A stretch of DNA of 64,000 nucleotides from Camelus ferus (lineage: Eukaryota). Of the stretch, positions 1-14,173 are shown piece after piece. The position numbers were made by a program, and so were the translations under genes. Location: the NCBI RefSeq assembly GCF_009834535.1, contig NC_045696.1, positions 91,576,001 to 91,640,000 of the forward strand, written 5' to 3'. Position 1 is the stretch's first letter. The number at the start of each line of letters is the position of its first letter. The notes beneath the pieces are model-generated. The model worked only from the letters and a program-made list of their open reading frames with translations. It did no database searches and was not told the origin of the DNA.

Positions 1-284
1 ATGGTCATGAGCACATAGACCCCAGGCCCTCTGCCCAAGGATTGATCACCATCAACCAATTAGAATTGTGCGCAGGTGACCACATACCCGGGAACGCCCC
101 TCGCTCTGCTGGCCTTTACAGATGCTCAGCTGAAACCCTTCAGGGAGTTTAGGGGCTTTTGTGGCATGACTGTAGGTTCTCCTTGCTCGGCCCAGCAATA
201 AACCTTTCTCTGCTCCAAACTCTGATGTTTTGTTATTGTTGGGCCTCACTATGTGCGGGGCACACAAACTTGTGTTCAATAGCA
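1..284 (+). mobile_element. 3' part of an ERV-type LTR, cut off by the window start
   Basis: LTR-like R/U5 layout with AATAAA at 197-202 and a terminal ...AATAGCA; resembles ungulate ERV1 LTRs from memory. Confidence 0.55.
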
Positions 285-1602
285 AAATGATAGTAAGCAA
301 TAATAATAATAATTGTAACTACTCAGTGAAATTAAAAAGTATATTTACTTCTGGGAACAAAAATATATATGCAATTATTTTGCTTCTACATTGACTGTAA
401 ATCAGCTGCCAAACCAACGTCACCTATCTTCATCTAGAAAAATGGTAGCATTTTGCCATCCTCCCTCCTCAAAGATTCCTGAGCCATGGTAAACTATAAG
501 CAGCTCCACAAATGAAAAACAACTACTTCTGGAGGAGTGTCAGCCAGCCTTAGGGCACCCAGCATTGGGGAGCAACCAAATCAGACTCATCACTGTACTT
601 TCTCGGGGGTTGTTGCTGAGGACTTTATTATTTTACTATCCCCTCTGAGAAGTTCCTCTTGTTCTTAATATCAGGAATGGTTTTGGGCCTGCGTCTCTCT
701 CTATATCAGCTGCTGAGCAAATATAACCCAACATGTAGCAAAGAGCCCGTGGAGCCCAACATGAGCAGAGACCCAGCCTCCCAGCACCCCCTGTAGGTAC
801 TAAGGTCACTCCGAGTTTCATCTGCATCTTTCCTACCCTGTAAGGGCCTGCTGCCCTCATCCACTTGCTTTCTATTTTATTTATCTCTTTATATCATGTA
901 TGTTTTGGTAAATAATCTTAAATCCTTTGGGGAGTAAGAAAAATTATAAATGTATGTCTGTATACATACGTGCATACACATTCTAACTGAACTGTGAAGC
1001 ATTGACCTGTGGCTCCGTCAGTTATGTTTTTCACACCTATCTACAAACCACAGGTAATACTCCATAAGTAATTTAAAATATGCTACCCTAAATTCCTGTT
1101 ATTTCTCATCTTTGCAGCCCATAGCCCTTAACATGCCTTGAGCAATTAGTGGCAAAGCCATTTCTATCCAGAGTAACTGCTTCAGGATCTGAATTGCACC
1201 ACATGATCCCTTTGGCCTTGCTGTACTGATTCACACCTTTTAGAGTGTTAGCAGAATTTGCTAGATTGCCCTCAAGAGGAAATAGAACTATTTCTTCCCT
1301 CAGGGTACTCTCTGACTGTAAAAACATCCATGACTTGTTTTTAAAGTTGGAGATGAAGGAAGAGGCAAGAGTAGGAGGGAAACAGGGAGAGAGAATAGTT
1401 TTGACACAGTTCTAACTATCTGATCATACAGAGCCATGTGTAACTATTTCCAGTTTTTGAAAAAAAAAATCAGATGCACATTAGGTAATGGTAAAAATTA
1501 TTACAGTGCATTTACCATATTTATTGAGTCAATAAATGTTGGCAAGGGGACTGATGGCAAGAAGACCACATTTTCTCAAAATATTCCAAATAGAAACAAA
1601 AA

Positions 1603-1634
<32 letters not shown>

Positions 1635-1684
1635 ATATGTAAGAGAGAGAGAGAGAGGGAGAGAAACAGAGAGAGAGAGAGAAA
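1603..1684. repeat. Compound microsatellite (GT)9(GC)5 followed by imperfect (GA)n
   Basis: Directly visible. Confidence 0.95.
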
Positions 1685-2752
1685 GGTGGGGCCAGCCAGG
1701 GGAAACCAGGACCTCAAGAGAGGCAGAATATGCTGTAATACGAAGCCCTCATTTTTATTATAAACAAAATAAGGAAAATCCCCAGCTTAATACTCATGAA
1801 AAAATTTTCCAAGACAAGTATCATTTTGATTTCTTAAGCTCTGATGATTACTCCTGTGTGGGGCTAGCATTCAGTGAATTTATTTCTAATTAGTCACCAT
1901 TTGCAACAAGTATGTTTTGAAAACGCTTCAGCTTACAGGAAGTATATAATTGTGATCTCAAACCACCTGCCTGAGATGTGACTTAGGAAGGATTCCAAGG
2001 GAAAATGCAGGTAATGGCATTTGTTTCTACTTCCAAATTCTCTAAAGCTGTCATTTTTTGTTTTTTGGGGGGGAATCAACCCCTGACATCAGGGCTCTAG
2101 GGCAGGTAATGCAGACTGAACTCTCAGAGCTTGGCACGTAGATTCCCCAAGGTCCACAGAGCTTGAACAGGCACAACTAAACCGAACTTCCTAGAATCAT
2201 AAAAATAGGGTACAGAGGGAGACTAGAATCCTGCAATTCTCAGTCGTTCAAAGAAATTAAGATATTCTAGAAAAATGTCAAAGGCTATTTTATATAAAAA
2301 TTTCACAACCTGTTCCGCTAAGCACAGGATGAAATAAGTTTAAAATTCCTCTAGCAGTGAGAGGCCACTGGCTGTTTACATAGAGAAGGTGATGGGGTGA
2401 TTAAGTGTGGTAAAACTTGACCCAGGCACACAGTCCCAGTGACCTCCAGCCTCTCTGTAAAGAGGGTAATCCAACACTTGCTGCACTGTTACTGCATTCC
2501 TGGCCCCTTGCTAGGCTGGAGGGACACAAAGAGAAATAAAACTCTGTCCTCAAGGCCGTTAAAGTCGAGGGAAGAAGAGAAGTTAACCAACAATTAATGC
2601 AAGAGGCAGCAAACATAGTGACTTAGAAGTCAGATATCTGAGTTCAAATTCTGGCTCTGGCTTAGAGCTTGTAGTGGCTGTGTGAAAGTCTTTGACTTCT
2701 GTGCCTCAGTTTTCTACACACGCACACGCACACGCACACGCACATACACACA

Positions 2753-2967
2753 CAGATGACCCTTGAACAACACAGGTTTGAACTGCAAAAATCCACTTAC
2801 ACGGGAATTTCTTTCAATAGTAAATACTACCATACTGCACAGTCCATGATAAATCCTCAGATACAGAGGAACTGGAGAAATGGATGGCTGACTATAAATT
2901 ATATGTGGATTTTCACCTGTGTGGAAGGTCAGCATCTCTAACCCCCACATTGTTCAAGGGTCAACTG
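2753..2967 (+). mobile_element. Tigger2-family non-autonomous DNA transposon inserted in a MIR
   Basis: Terminal inverted repeats CAGATGACCCTTGAACAA / TTGTTCAAGGGTCAACTG followed by TA; MIR-like halves at about 2610-2714 and 3000-3095; a (CACACG)n repeat at the left junction. Confidence 0.8.
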
Positions 2968-3588
2968 TACAGTCACAACACATACACACATTATACACAA
3001 AACAGCACCTCCCTCATATGGTGGTTGTGAGAATTAAAATATATTCATCACTTAGAAGATTGCCTTACCCTTAGTAAGTGCTATATGTGTTTATTAAATA
3101 ACTAAATAATAAAATCATAAGCAAAGGCCATAAGAAAACTATGTATGACTCTGGGAATGGAAAAGAGACATCTCCACCAGCCAGAGGGATCCAGAATGGC
3201 CTATCAGAAGATACCATGCTGGAACAGGGTCCATATAAGACTCAGCCAGAACAAGTCCAAGTTAACCAGATGAGCAAGTTAGAGCAGCGGAGCTCCTCAC
3301 CTCTCCCCTCTGTGTGTCCACACGGCCAAGGAAGCCAAACAAGGAGCAGAGCCAGAATTCCATCCAGCTTATACGAGAAATTTTCTCATAGTTCTAGATT
3401 TAAAGTTCAAAAGGATTTTACATTCTATCCCCTAACGTATTTATGTTTATTCCAAAAATGTTTAAATAATAGTTTTTATTTCTTATTAGTGAGTAAAATT
3501 GATGTTGGGGCAGCTGTGTCATGCCTCTCCCGAGGGTAGACGTGACCTGATCTGGGAGGCAAATGGCAGAAGCATGAGAAGATATAGA

Positions 3589-3720
3589 GGGGGGAGGGTT
3601 TAGCACAGTGGTAGAGTGCATGCCTAGCATGCTTGAGGTCCTGGGTTCAATCACAGTACCTCTATTAAAAATAAATAAATGAATAAATAAACCTAATTAC
3701 CTCCCCCTTAACAAAAAAAG
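3589..3720 (+). mobile_element. tRNA-derived SINE (camelid Vic-1-like)
   Basis: G-rich head, A-box TAGCACAGTGG, B-box GGTTCAATC, (TAAA)n tail. Confidence 0.85.
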
Positions 3721-3731
3721 AAGACAAAGTT

Positions 3732-3875
3732 ACGCTACTATATAGCACAGTGAACTATATTCAGTTTCTTATAATGAACCGTAATGGAAAAGAAACTGAA
3801 AGCTTTGCTGTACACCTGAAACTAACATTGTAAACCAACTACACTTCAATAAAAAATAAGAAAAATAAAAAATAA
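3732..3875 (+). mobile_element. L1 3'-end fragment
   Basis: GCTGTACACCTGAAACTAACATTGTAAACCAACTACACTTCAATAAAAAA matches an L1 3' terminus with an A-rich tail. Confidence 0.7.
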
Positions 3876-5331
3876 GACATAAAGGTATGGATTTCTTAGA
3901 AAGGGTGACATATACGGGGTCAGTATTATAGGGTAAGCCAGTTGGAGTACTGGTTATGGAGTGAAGCATGACCTCCAGGCAAACTCCTCACCAGGCAATG
4001 CCAGAAGGAAACGCCAGAGCAGGCATCCTGCAGAAAGCTCAGGGACGGCTGTAGGGAAAGGACAAAGGAGCCTGCTAGAGATAGCTAAGGACGACTCCAA
4101 AACTCCCAGTAGACACACACACACTCTTCCCCCTGGCTTCTAATATTGAAAGCCCAGCTAAGATCAGAAGGAAAAATGTTATTGCACCTGGTGTCATTCC
4201 AAGAAGGGCTCCAGTTGTGACTGAGCAATGTCACCTCAGAGCTGACTGCCCCCGTGGTGTGACTGCACAAGGTGGCATAAGACAATAAGAAGGATTCCCA
4301 CCCCCCATTTTTACAAAGGAAAATGATGAATATGGATATATATGGGTTGACAGTTTGGTGGAAGGAAGTTGAGTGAACTTTCATCTGACTTGTCTTCTAA
4401 TATCTTCAGCTTATTCCATTGTCCTTCCTTCTGTTTTGTGTTTCTAGGTGGTTTCTAGTTGTCCTTTGTATGTGCACACCCAGAAATGTGGTTTTATCAA
4501 TACCCTGAGTATGAAGCAACCTCTGTGACTTTGGCTCACATTAACCAAATTCATAGAAATAGAAACAAGACTCTGGAATGAGCCTGTCCCAGGCTACATG
4601 GGTGAGTGCTGGGGTGGGGTGGAAAGACGAATCATTTCAGAGGGGTTGAGAAACGGAGGAGACTGAAGGAGAAAAGGTTGTAGCCAAAGGAATTAAAAAT
4701 TCAGAGGTAAAGCTCTTGCAGGTGATAACAAGGTCTAGGGTACAAGCATACCCAGCGCTGGCAACAGTGGAGATGTGGAGGCTTTGGGATAGTCAAGAAA
4801 TGATGAAGAGAGGGTCTGGGAGGCTCATTAAAATATCAGAATCTTCAAGCCAAATCAAGGCCTTAGATTTATGAAATCACAGATCCTTTTTTTAAATATA
4901 TAACATGTACAAACACAGACATCTGGTACACTTGGAATCCTACCTTATTTTCATTAGTGATTTTCTACATCATGCCCATGTGTCATCCAGACTGGTTTAC
5001 TTTAAATCCTATAGGACATAAGTTTGATATAAAACTTTAATTCAATGTATTTGCCCTTGTCAACAAGAATAAATCATACAGAAACTGACGAATCCTTGGA
5101 ACAAACGTAATGCATTTATATTTTGATTTGGAGATAGATGATCTTGAAAACATGAACTCAGCTGTTGTCTTCAATCAAATATTTGCTTTTTTATTTTACC
5201 AAATAGAATATGGGTGATCTTTCACAAATATAATAGAATCTTTTAAAACAATATGCTTAAATAGTCTAAATGTTTAGGATATTCTATTTTACAAATTTGC
5301 TATTTTATCTTTAATTAAAAGTCTCTCCAAA

Positions 5332-5452
5332 GGGGCGGGGAAAGGGTGCAGCTCAGTGGTAGAGTGCGTGCCTAGCACGCATAAGGTCCTAGGTTCCATC
5401 CCCAGTACCTCCATTAACAACAACAACAACAACAACAACAAATCCTTGGGAA
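5332..5452 (+). mobile_element. tRNA-derived SINE with (CAA)n tail
   Basis: A/B boxes; target-site duplication AAAAGTCTCTCC at 5317-5328 and 5453-5464. Confidence 0.9.
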
Positions 5453-8400
5453 AAAAGTCTCTCCCAGTACTCTTGGGGAGGAGGTAGTGGGGAAGAAGAA
5501 ACTGTTACCAACTCGGTAACATGTGCTATTGCAATATTACCAGAAAACGTATCAGTGAAGATTTCTTATGTCAGGGAATGGCCAGAAAATTCTGTTACTA
5601 CTATGACCATCTCAAAGTTAATTGATGAGTTTCCACTCAACTAGGACTTTCTGACTTTTTGTATCTTACTTATATTAAGAGGTATTTACAGACAAAAGCC
5701 ATCAATACTTACAGATGAGGCAAGCAGAACTGTACTAGAAAGGATACTGTACTTCCAAAAAAAAAGTTTTGTCACCCTCTGTTAACTTTGAAATTCCTTT
5801 TACTGCAGACAAGGCTCATCTTTCACAAAGAAAGAAAAGGCTTAAAATATAATGTAGCTCTAAAAGAGGTAATATACTGGCTAAATTTCACAAACTGGAT
5901 TCTACAACATCCTTAAGAGCAAATTTAATGAAATACAAGAATTTTGAGGTGTTAGGAAGGAAAGAGGCAAAAAATGAAATAAGGTGAAGACTTGTTGGAA
6001 TTACATTTCCAGATTTATTTTGGCTAACGTTGTTATATGCGTTTCTGCCTGATTTTTATACTTCTTACCCACTCCCAGCCTCATCTAGCATTAAATGACA
6101 CCATAGAAGTTACTTTAATTCCTGCGATCCCCTATTCCTATTTATATAAAAACAGAACTATAATGGCAATGCTTTTTCTGGGAAAATCTCCAAGATATTT
6201 AGACCAAAATTGTTATACAAATATAAAGTATTATAATGGTAGGTATTTATGATAAGATTTATTAGAATGTCAAGCTCCCCAAAATATGTGCACTGTTTGA
6301 TACTCCTTTCTTCTGTGCTTACAAGACTGCCCTTCCCGACCTCGGGTCCAACTCTCCAGAACTATCTATGTTCCACCTCAGTGCTAAGCAACCATGTAGA
6401 TTACACCTCAAGTATGATGTCACCTCTGGTCTGCTTACAAGGATGGAAAACACACAATTACATACCAGAAGAAGAGGGGCTCAGGGTAGGTGAACTGCAC
6501 CTGTGTCACACATTTCAAAATGTAATGCATCCTTCAGGTGACTTAATGATTTCTGTGGTGTTGGGTGTTGGTAAACAGATACCACCAGATGTGTGTGATC
6601 TGGGCACAGGCATGTTAATTTCACTTCCTGAATCTGATATAACCACAGCAGCACTGACAAGTAAATCTGTCCCATCTTCCCTCTGTGCCCTCATCTTCTT
6701 ATTTTCTTTCTCAATGCATATCCCTGGTCCTCTCTCACCAATGATTGCATTATGACTAATGAGTTCATTGACACTCAGAAAATAAATAGGCAAAGTTGAG
6801 AACTAAAAGCACATTTCTAGCCATCCTCTTTCCATTTTGAACAAGAGAATTAATGGAAACAAATAAGGCAAGGGTCAAAGAAATTAAAACAGCCAAAGTA
6901 GGTACTTAGAGCAAATATCCCCTAAGGGCTAGGTACCATTCAAGTAAGGCTCAAATAATCTGCCACCAGAATGATGCAAACAAATAACAAAAACATTTCT
7001 AATCTTATTACTTCCTAGTTTTGAGGCTGATTCTTCATAAAGAGAACAAATCAATAAAGGATTCAATCTGAACTTACTTTTGCCTTTAAATGAGTATTTC
7101 AGATTTTGCATTTTAATTACCTTGCTCACATTTTCACTTTACTTTGCACCTATAACACATTCTCAAGCATGGCTTTATTTTTCTATTCTTTTGATCAGAA
7201 ACAAAATTAAGTACTTGATATGTCAAAATACCTTTGACCTTGTCCAAAAAATTTCAACACAGCCTCCAGAAAGCCTTTAAAACCTCATCTGTTACTTCAT
7301 GGGATTGCGAGTATTGAGGTATTTGGTAAGTCCTGTGATGTTCAAGAGTATTATCTTCAGATAGTCTTTGACTACGAAAGATGCCCTCAGTACAACTAAT
7401 CCAATCAGCTATTGCAAACACTATTTTCAAGCCTTAAAGTGGTCCACAAAATCTACCCTGAGAGATAAAGGCAATATATTTAAAATTCTTTGAGTCTTTC
7501 CCCTACTTTCTACACAGGAAAAAAAAAATTCTTCTTTAATTTTTTTCCCAGAAAATTACAAACTTACTACTTCTTTCTTCCTGTCTCCTCTTAATTGTAT
7601 GGAATTTTCCCATTTTCTTGGGCTGAAATTTAATCCTTCAGAATTCCCAGTTTGTCCCACATGGTTGAATGGAATGTTCAGCATTTTGTATATTACGCCT
7701 CATTAGGCAAGTAATCAGCCAAAATAGATGTTTATGACAGACTTAAAATTCTCTCGTTTTAAGTAAACATGTACTCTAAATGTTTTAATAAATCATACTT
7801 TGAAATAGTCACTAAGGGTTTTACATTGAAAATAAACTACTAGAAAAAAAAAAAACCATGTAATACCTGTGTCCTCCAGACAATGTTGTTGCAAAAGGCA
7901 GAGAGATCTAAGTCTGAAGGAGTGAGAGTACCTCAGCAGACAGTTGAAATCACTGGCACTATTATAACTAAAATTTGGCCTTTTATTTAATTAAGCAAAT
8001 AGCCTGAAGAAATAAATACATAGTCATAGAGCATGACTCAGACGTACAGGCCACGTTCTGTTTGTGGTGTTGGCTAATCCTACTCCGGGCTAATTAGCTG
8101 AGGAAGTACAGGACAAACCCAAGGAAGGCTAAAGACGATGAAAAGACTCCGAGGGAAAGCCTCCAGCAACCGAGGGAGAAAGAGGAAAGAGACTGAGGTT
8201 ATTCCAGCGAGGGAAGAAAAATCGGGAGGCTGCTTCCCAGTCAGACTTCAGTTTAAATCGCTGTTGACAGGTCAGGGGCAGAATGCTCTCCAACAGGACA
8301 AAACAGGAAGGGATGTCATAAATGACAACACACAGAATCAGACACAAGATAGACTTCATCATAATGGGGCCTGTTCGTCTGCAGTCTGGGTCAGCACCGC

Positions 8401-8951
8401 GTGGAGAGTGTGTAACCCCGAATCCTGCAGGTCCCAGCACACCCTAGTATCAAACTGGAAACTGTAAAAGAGGGGAGGGAAGAGGAGTGTGTTTGTTGAC
8501 AGAAGGTCTTGAGGCAATCAGGAGGGTGTCACTCCAAATGTTACAGAGCAAGACTGCCTGAGAACCCTCTCTACTTCCTCCCCCCCAACCAAATGCCAGT
8601 CCTTCTGGCAAACTCCACCACTTCCATCTTCTCTGAGTCCCTCTCCCTGTAAAAGCCTCTCCTTCCTCCTTCTCTCCCCCTTCTCCACATCACTCCCTCC
8701 CTCCCTCTTTGTCTCCCTCTAATTTTCTCTTTTTCTCCCTCCCAGCCTCTTTCTACTTCCTCCCGCCTCCACTTCCCTCCACCCCTTCAGTCTTTCCACC
8801 CAGCACACACTGTTCCCACTGTGGGGACATGGGGAACTGAAAGTACTTCAGGTAGAATTTGTTTTTTAATGACACACTATAATTTATGCACATCAAAAGA
8901 TTGTGGGGTCATGCTGTTTCTATAAATGATATAAACCTCCTCACAAGCCCA

Positions 8952-9325
8952 CTGCTGTGGACTGAATTGTGTCCCTCACCCAAATTCAGACGTTGAAGCC
9001 TTAACTTCCAATGTGATGGTATTTGGAGATGGAGCCTTTGGGAGATAGTTGTGTTTAGTTGAGTCATGAGAGTGGGGCTTTCATGATGGGATTAGTGCCC
9101 TTGTAAGGAGAGGGAGAGATGCCAGAGCCCTCTTTCTCTCCCATGTGAGGACATAGTGAGAAGGTGGCTGTCTGCAAGCCAGGAAGAGAATTCTCACCAG
9201 GAAACAAATCTACTGGCACCTTGATCTTGGACTTCCAACCTCTAGAACGGTGAGGCAATACTTTTGTGTTGTTCAAGCCACCTAGTCTGTGGTATTTTGT
9301 TATGGCAGCCTCAGAAGTCTATCAT
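8952..9325 (+). mobile_element. MaLR (MLT1-type) solo LTR
   Basis: Starts TGCTGTGGACTGAATTGTGTCCC and ends with GGTATTTTGTTATGGCAGCC, typical of MLT1. Confidence 0.8.
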
Positions 9326-12300
9326 AGACCCATTCCCACTTTTTGAGATGGTAGGATGAGACCGGATAAGAGAGACACAAAACTTACTAGTTAAGAATCA
9401 GTCGGTCACTTTGGTTTAAACAGTCCCAGATAAATGTGCAGTCAGTCGAAGTTCAAACTCCCTCGAAGACTTTCCCCTTCTCCTGTTCCTTCCTTCTCCC
9501 AAGATGGGGACTTACAGGTAGGGCAGAGATTGCATACCCTTGGGGGCAGCTGAAGGGTGTGGTTGACCCCAGGGCTGGCCTCCTCAGAGATGTTCCCTGT
9601 ACCACCTGGTCATACCCTGCTAGACACATTCATGGTCAGTTCTTTTGGCAAAGCTGGAGGTCTCAGGGGCCTTTTTCTCTATGAACTAGCTCCACTGTAG
9701 CCTCTGTAGTAAATCCTCTGAGTCTATCTCCACCTCATCCTCTAGCCATGCCTGAAAGAAGCCTGCATGGGGGTCCCACTCATTGCTACCACAGTAGGCC
9801 TCTGGTTTCAATCCATTCATCAGGACAAGCAAGAACTTCTGGGTCCTTCCACATCACACAGAAGCCAAGGGATCCTTGGGACTCTGTATTTGATCCTGTC
9901 TATGTTTAAACACTACCTTCAACCATTTCTGCTTTCTTGCCTGGGTGATTCCATATTGGATACTGTGATTCTCTTAGATGTTTTGAAGTTTTCCCAGTCT
10001 GTATGTGATGAAACTAGACGCACTGGAATTGGTCATTAGAATTGTACCTGGCTTCATCCATATTCCACATTTCCCTTTCCTATTATTCCTGGACAAATTA
10101 CCTCACTTTCTATTCACCTTTGGTTATTCAAAAAAAATGTATAAAATTTCAGTTTCAGACTCTTGTGTAAATTCCATCTCTTCCCTCTCCCACCGCTCCA
10201 GAGACAGAATGAGTTGAACTTTTGACTGCATAGAGTGAGATGGGGTTGGAGGGAGTCCTGGCTGTGAAACACCCACTCCTCTCTCTCCCAGCCTGGCTCC
10301 ATCAAGTGTTGGAATCAGGAAGAAGGGGAAGGAAAGGAAGAGCTGTAGCCCTCTCTCTGTTGGTTGCTCTGCTTCTGCAGTGAGCCTGAGTGTGTTTTCC
10401 AACATCCACAGTCTGCCTTCAGCATGTGTGAAAATTAGCAAGAGAGATCTTCTCATTGGAAGATTCAGCTCTAGCTGGACCTCTCCCACCACCCCCTCCA
10501 CTGCCCCAGTAACATACCCCCATCCATGGTGCATAGTCTTAGAGGGATCGGAGGGTTGTACAGCAAGCTGGCTCAAGGATAACTCCCTTCTATGTGTCCT
10601 CTTGTCCTAAGGAACTTCTCACACCCTGGCCATGCCACATAATGGTGAGCAAGATCACTGCTCCGCTGTCACCTCTTCTGCTTGGCCAGCCGGCTCTTCC
10701 CAGCTTTCATCTTATCTGCTCTGATAGGAATGGGTAGTCAGCAACTCTGCTGTCTAAGAAGAGGTCACTGTGGGAGCCCATGGTTGGGTTAATAAATTGT
10801 AACAGACCTCAGCAGCTTGTGACCTTTAAGAAGAACAAATGTGCTTAGTAACTGCTTTGCTAGCAGGTGCCTGTGCATCCTCACTGCTGTCTCCTTGCCG
10901 TAAAAAGCAGAGACAATGCCTTGCTTGCATAGTTGAGGTTCTAGCCTAGGAATTCTTCCAATGGCAAAGCCATTGTTTGTCCCCTGCTATAAATGCAGGA
11001 CACGTCTTGTTTATCATAAGCAAAGGTCCATAGTTCAGGGTTTACTCTTCTCGTTGCAAAGCGATGACCAATGCCCTCAGCTATAAACGCTGCGCATGCT
11101 TTCTGCTTTTTAGATAGTCTACAATCCCCAAGACAAGGAACTGGCTGGTCTGGTGGTTTGTTTTGTAATCAACGTCTTATGTCTGAAGAATTTACCTTGT
11201 TCCCCTCTCCCCATGTCTGTTCTGAAGATAAATTAAGCCTTTGTACTCATTGTTGATTCTATAATCTCTATCCGATCCTGTCTTTCCTCCATCGCCTACC
11301 TTCCATGACACAGCTGTTGGTGATTTTTCCTTTGATTGTACACAATAAATGTGGGAGCATTTGAGAGGCTCGAGGAATTGGTGCCCGACTCCCTCTCGCT
11401 CTCTTGACTTTCCACAGAGTCTCGAGTAATTCATCCCCTCTCGGTGAGATTTCTGGACAAAACCCACAGGTCACCAGGAATTGATCCTAAAAGCCGTTGT
11501 CTTGGATCCTCTTTCTTCACTTGGTGATACGAGTCAGGAGAAATCCCTCCCTAATAGCAAGGAGAGGAATCACCCACCCTCCTCTTCCCCAGGCTTCTTT
11601 TATAGACTAGGGACTGGGTGTTAAGGGGCAGGGGGTGTAGGTGGGGACTGATGCCCAGTTCCTCAGCCCCTTAGGAAAACTTTGGAAAAAGTGGTAGACC
11701 CCAATTACTCTTCTTAGCTCTGGGCCTTTTCTGTCCATCACAGGGCAAGAGAAAAAGTTCCCCGTGCCATACTGTCATTCTTATACTTGAATTTCCCCTA
11801 TCATGATAGAATCCCTTTCTTCCTAATTCTTTGAAAGCAGTTGGACTCACTTCCCAAGATGGATGAAATGAATTCTGACCAGCAATTGCTGAAATGTGTC
11901 TCATAAAATTTCAAGGTCCCTCCTAAAGATCCTGTGATTCTAGGAACACAAGGAAAGAAAAAGCAAGTTACATTTATAAAGTTAGGTAGATGATTAAAAC
12001 TAATTCATTATCCTTATTTCTGAATGATTTGGAAGTTTTTTCTCTTAAGTTGATCTCTTATTGATCAAATATCTGTTTCCTATAAGTTAGCAAATATTGA
12101 ATCATTCATTTTCCCTTCTACTCCATCTTCTGTTCAACTCTATATTTTGATCAGTATCTTTACTGCAAAAATAATTCCTACCAATGAATTTGGCTGCCAT
12201 ATATGCTATTTGTAATTTTAGATGTGTTTAATCTGAGCAGGATTTGGATTTTATAACTGTTCAATATGCAAAGCTCTAGTGATACCCAAGAACAATTGCC

Positions 12301-14155
12301 TGGAAAGGTTTTTGGATGTGTGTGATTAGGTAGTCTACAACTTTAAAGAAAGAAGAAGAAAAAAAAAAAAAAAAAACACTTAGAATCTTTGCAGAACCAT
12401 CAATTTAATAGTAAAATGCTGCCTCCTTCTGGATAAATTGTATTAGGCATGATAAACTTGTAAAACTGCTATAAAGTTATGTCATTTTATGAAGAAAACA
12501 TTTTTAAAATAGAGTTCTACTTTTTTAATTAAAACATAAAATTAGAGGACTAGAGTAACTCTTGAAAGATTACCTAGATTCTGCCTTTGAGAGTGGAAAC
12601 CCAAATATCTAACCTACAGTGCTGATTTGATCTCTGACTTTCTTTCGAACATCTCTAACAGTAACTGAGAAAGCAGGGAATAGAAGATAAAATTGCAATT
12701 AGCATGATTTTCACTTTAAATCAGGCAACCTTACTTAACATGCATTTGACGTCGTCATTTACGTATGCACACATATTTACACTAGTACCTGGAAAAATGT
12801 GTGTGTGTGTGTTAATAACACAGTGGAATGCCAGGTATTCTGGTCTTCATTCTATGCCAATATTCATGTGTATTTTGGCAAGCCACTTAATCTCTCTGAG
12901 TCCCAGTTTCCTTATCTGTTCACTGAGGATAATAAACCCATTGTTATAGACCTCAAAAACACTTTGTGAGGCTCATTGAAATCAACAAAGCGCTGTGTGA
13001 GGTATTAACTTGTTATCTTTAAGGCTTTCGCCTATCACATGCCTGAACTGAAAGAACAGAATCAGATTTGTGACCACCAAGAAGAAAAATGCTTATTGAT
13101 GTCCTATTTATTGCATTACCACAGACAGGTAGTTTGCTTACATTCAAGTCAATCACCTCTCTGCTATCTGGAGTAGAAAGCTGGAGAGGAGGTTACAAAT
13201 AACCCCAGGGCACAATTACACAAAAGTGAAACCTACTCTCAGTTCTCCAGAAGTTTACCCCACAGAGCCAAAAGAACAGGTAGGTCTAACCAAGGCTGAT
13301 CTGATCAGGGACCCAGAAAGAGCCTTTTGCTCTGCCTCATCCCTGAGCCAATATCCTCAACCCTACCTGGAGCCCCAGGCCGCGATGATCAAGGCTGACT
13401 TTACTGTGGTTCTATTAAAGGGACTTTTTTCATTCTCCAAAAATCCTTCAACCAAGTGATACCAGCCAAAACTCAAACCAGCTAAGAGACCAAAGGACAC
13501 GTCAAATATTTGATCCCTACTCAGCCTTTCAATAATGGGCACTCTATGCCTCAATTTTGTCTATAAAATTATAATAGTACCAACTCATAAGGTTGTTGTG
13601 AGTTAATATGGACGGAGCCTTCAGAACAGCGTCTGGCATTTAAGCCTTCAGCAGTGTCTACTGCTGCTGCCACCATTATTTATCACACTGATTTACTTGC
13701 CCATGGCATTCATTTATGGTCAAATGCTATGTCTCTCTCATGCACTTCAATTCTCTGAGGCTGAAGATTGTCGATCCTTTAAATCTTCTGGTCATCAATA
13801 TTTAGAATTTTGTTCCTATACTAGTTACCTCACATTACATATAATACTGCTTTTTGTTTTTCAGTTACAAAGTAATAAGTTATAACTACTGGTGCTATTT
13901 AATGCCGTAGTCACCAAACCAAGCAACAGCTCTTTGTTTTGCAGCTATATAAGCAGATGCGCCTGGAGTAAGAGCTGGGAGTCATGTACATTTCAAGCTG
14001 TTAAATGCTTTTTATGATCAAGAAATATTCCAATTCCTTTTCACTCCAAGAGCAGAAGCTATAATATCCCTAATTCAAAACTATCTGGTAAATCACTCTA
14101 AGAAAAATACTAGAAGGCACCAAACCTGTTTCGATTGAGGACTAAAGATGACACT

Positions 14156-14173
14156 TGGCCACTAGATGGCATT
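14156..14173 (+). promoter_or_regulatory. CTCF-like motif
   Basis: TGGCCACTAGATGGCATT versus consensus TGGCCACCAGGGGGCGCT. Confidence 0.55.

Noticed and set aside
1436..1893. CVCV/ERER-containing ORFs
   Set aside because: Translation of the microsatellite.
6249..6755. 168-aa ORF
   Set aside because: No recognisable domain or exon structure; overlapping ORFs on both strands suggest chance.
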